Below, one piece after another: positions 50,853-52,421 of a stretch of DNA of 52,421 nucleotides; positions within the stretch are counted from its first letter, which is position 1, and every line of letters starts with the position of its first letter. The DNA is from Candidatus Iainarchaeum sp. (lineage in GTDB: Archaea; Iainarchaeota; Iainarchaeia; Iainarchaeales; Iainarchaeaceae): the NCBI GenBank assembly GCA_043812975.1, contig JBDRLP010000001.1:1-52421 (forward strand), written 5' to 3'. Made by a program: the position numbers and the translations under genes. The notes below the pieces were generated by a model. It saw only the letters and a list, made by a program, of their open reading frames with translations. It was not told the DNA's origin and did no database searches.

Positions 50853-51650
50853 TCAATTAGCCTTTTGCTCTGAAACAACAGGCTTTTGGTAAAAATGCAG
50901 GTACACGAGCACAATTCCAATTCCTATTATAATCGCCTGAATTCCAATTGTTTCAAATGTAGGATATAATCCCAAATCCTTGATTTTTGGAACTATTGCA
51001 AAAGTAGTTTCTGACAAAACCCCTGCTTCCTGTAATTCGTGGATTCCTTTTCCTGCAAACTTCAATGAAAGTAAAAACAGGATTGTACTTGTTATTCCAA
51101 ACACAATATTTATCGGTAATTTCTTTTCAATTTTTATAATCAAATAAAACAATATTGCCAGAACTAAAAATCCAAGAACAATTCCTATGATTATTCCGGT
51201 CATGTCTGTTGTACCTACAGTTAATGCCTTGAAGAACAATACTGTTTCAAACCCTTCTCTGTATACTGCAAAGAACGATACAATGCCTAATGCGAAAGTG
51301 TTTTTGCTTGTTAATGCATCGTCAACTTTTCTTTTAATGAATTTTGCCCATTTTTGTGCCCGCATTTTTCCAAGGAACCAGTTGGTTACATAAAGCATAA
51401 CTGCAGCGGCAAGAAGCATTGTGATTCCTTCGAGTAATTCAGTCTGTGTTTCTGTCGCTATAAAAATTTGATCTAGCAAAAAAGCAGTTGCAAAACTTGC
51501 TAATATTGCAAGCCCAGTCCAGAGATAAACAGTATTAATTTTATCTTTGTGTTTTGTGGTTACAAGGTATGCAATTATTGCGGCTATGATTAGAATAGCC
51601 TCAAGGCCTTCCCGAACTATAATTGTAAATGCATCTAAAAATTCAGGCAT
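50853..51650 (-). CDS. FTR1/EfeU iron permease
   Basis: Two REGxE motifs (VREGLEA, YREGFET); multiple TM segments. Confidence 0.93.
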   Translation of the reverse strand: MPEFLDAFTIIVREGLEAILIIAAIIAYLVTTKHKDKINTVYLWTGLAILASFATAFLLDQIFIATETQTELLEGITMLLAAAVMLYVTNWFLGKMRAQKWAKFIKRKVDDALTSKNTFALGIVSFFAVYREGFETVLFFKALTVGTTDMTGIIIGIVLGFLVLAILFYLIIKIEKKLPINIVFGITSTILFLLSLKFAGKGIHELQEAGVLSETTFAIVPKIKDLGLYPTFETIGIQAIIIGIGIVLVYLHFYQKPVVSEQKAN

Positions 51651-51725
51651 TTGCTCACCGAAACAAATGTGTAAGGGAGTGCTTTAAAAATATTAACAAG
51701 TGTTAATTTTATTGTTAATTCGGTT

Positions 51726-52421
51726 CTAATTTTCCAAGATAGTTATTCCTTCTTTTGTAATTGTATAAGGAGTCATTCCTTTTTTGTGAGAACTGCTTCT
51801 AAGTTTAAGTATCTCGATTGCATTTTCTCTTTGCCCATCTTTTTTTATGTTATAAAGAACAATAACCCCGTCAGCTAAAAATTCTTCAACCCCTGTTCTG
51901 CTGTACACTTTCGGATCCTGTTCGGTTTCCGTGATTACATAAGAAGTACAATTTAACTTTTCCATTGATTCGAATAGTTCCCTAATGTATTTTCTATAAC
52001 TATCTTCTTCGTTAAAAGCAATTGACAATGCAGATAAACTATCTACTACAATTTTGTCTGGCAAGAATGGCAATTCAATTTTTTTCATATCAATTTTCAA
52101 TTCACCTTTTCTATCCATTAATACTTGTTCTACTGATCTAGAAATATCGACAGGGTCAATTTTTATTATTGCAAACAGTCCCTTTTTCTCAAGTGCATTT
52201 AAATCCCAACCGAAGTTTTTTTTCATATGCAACTTTATTTTTTCTGGTTCCTCTTCAAATGAAAGATAAATTCCTTTTTCCCCTCTATTGATTGCAGAAT
52301 GATAAATTGACTGAATTGAAAAAGTTGTTTTTCCTGTTCCTGCTCCGCCGGAAATGAGTATGCTTGAATTTTTTTCAAGTCCTCCATCACTTATTAATTT
52401 ATCAAATTCTTTGATTCCTGT
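51726..52421 (-). CDS. KaiC/RecA-like ATPase (5' end outside the window)
   Basis: Frame open to the window edge: TGIKEFDKLI..SGGAGTGKTT..LSFEE..IVVDSLS..EEFLADGVIVL..EILKLR. Confidence 0.92.
   Translation of the reverse strand, partial: TGIKEFDKLISDGGLEKNSSILISGGAGTGKTTFSIQSIYHSAINRGEKGIYLSFEEEPEKIKLHMKKNFGWDLNALEKKGLFAIIKIDPVDISRSVEQVLMDRKGELKIDMKKIELPFLPDKIVVDSLSALSIAFNEEDSYRKYIRELFESMEKLNCTSYVITETEQDPKVYSRTGVEEFLADGVIVLYNIKKDGQRENAIEILKLRSSSHKKGMTPYTITKEGITILEN

Noticed and set aside
1-52421. Transposase, integrase, reverse transcriptase or rRNA gene
   Set aside because: None recognisable in the window; the only mobility enzyme seen is the intein endonuclease.

Overview
Archaeal chromosome segment, AT-rich and most likely from a DPANN lineage. 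An Iainarchaeota/Diapherotrites-like host is an inference from gene content and cannot be proven here. Positions 1-42.9 kb are one co-oriented minus-strand informational supercluster: rpoH-B''-B'-A'-A''-eL30-nusA-uS12-uS7-EF2 (with intein)-EF1a-uS10, then rtcB and two Tyr-rich secreted proteins, then the uL3-to-secY ribosomal cluster, DUF106, eL34, eL14, uS13-uS4-uS11-rpoD-tRNA-Leu-eL18-uL13-uS9-rpoN-uS2, trmB, a small basic ORF and gltX. Positions 43-52.4 kb hold mscS, late riboflavin genes, ogg, uppS, geranylgeranyl reductase, a HAD hydrolase, a kinase-dCMP deaminase fusion, FTR1 and a KaiC-like ATPase. The standout observation is a family of about 19 short, GC-rich, modular palindromic elements, all in one orientation. 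Eight sit in frame inside Lys/Glu-rich tails of ribosomal and RNA polymerase proteins. Ten units sit at nine translationally coupled gene junctions, often flanked by a 14-20 bp duplication of the stop/SD/start junction. At seven of the nine junctions the element is read as an intact 21-60 aa bridge mini-ORF that starts at the upstream stop and ends on the downstream start, preserving termination-reinitiation coupling. Three of these elements supply a ribosome-binding site inside mutually exclusive, covarying hairpins. Other notable points: radical substitutions in the RNA polymerase active centre, loss of several Zn sites, a missing canonical start for uL3, and a 41% Tyr secreted protein.
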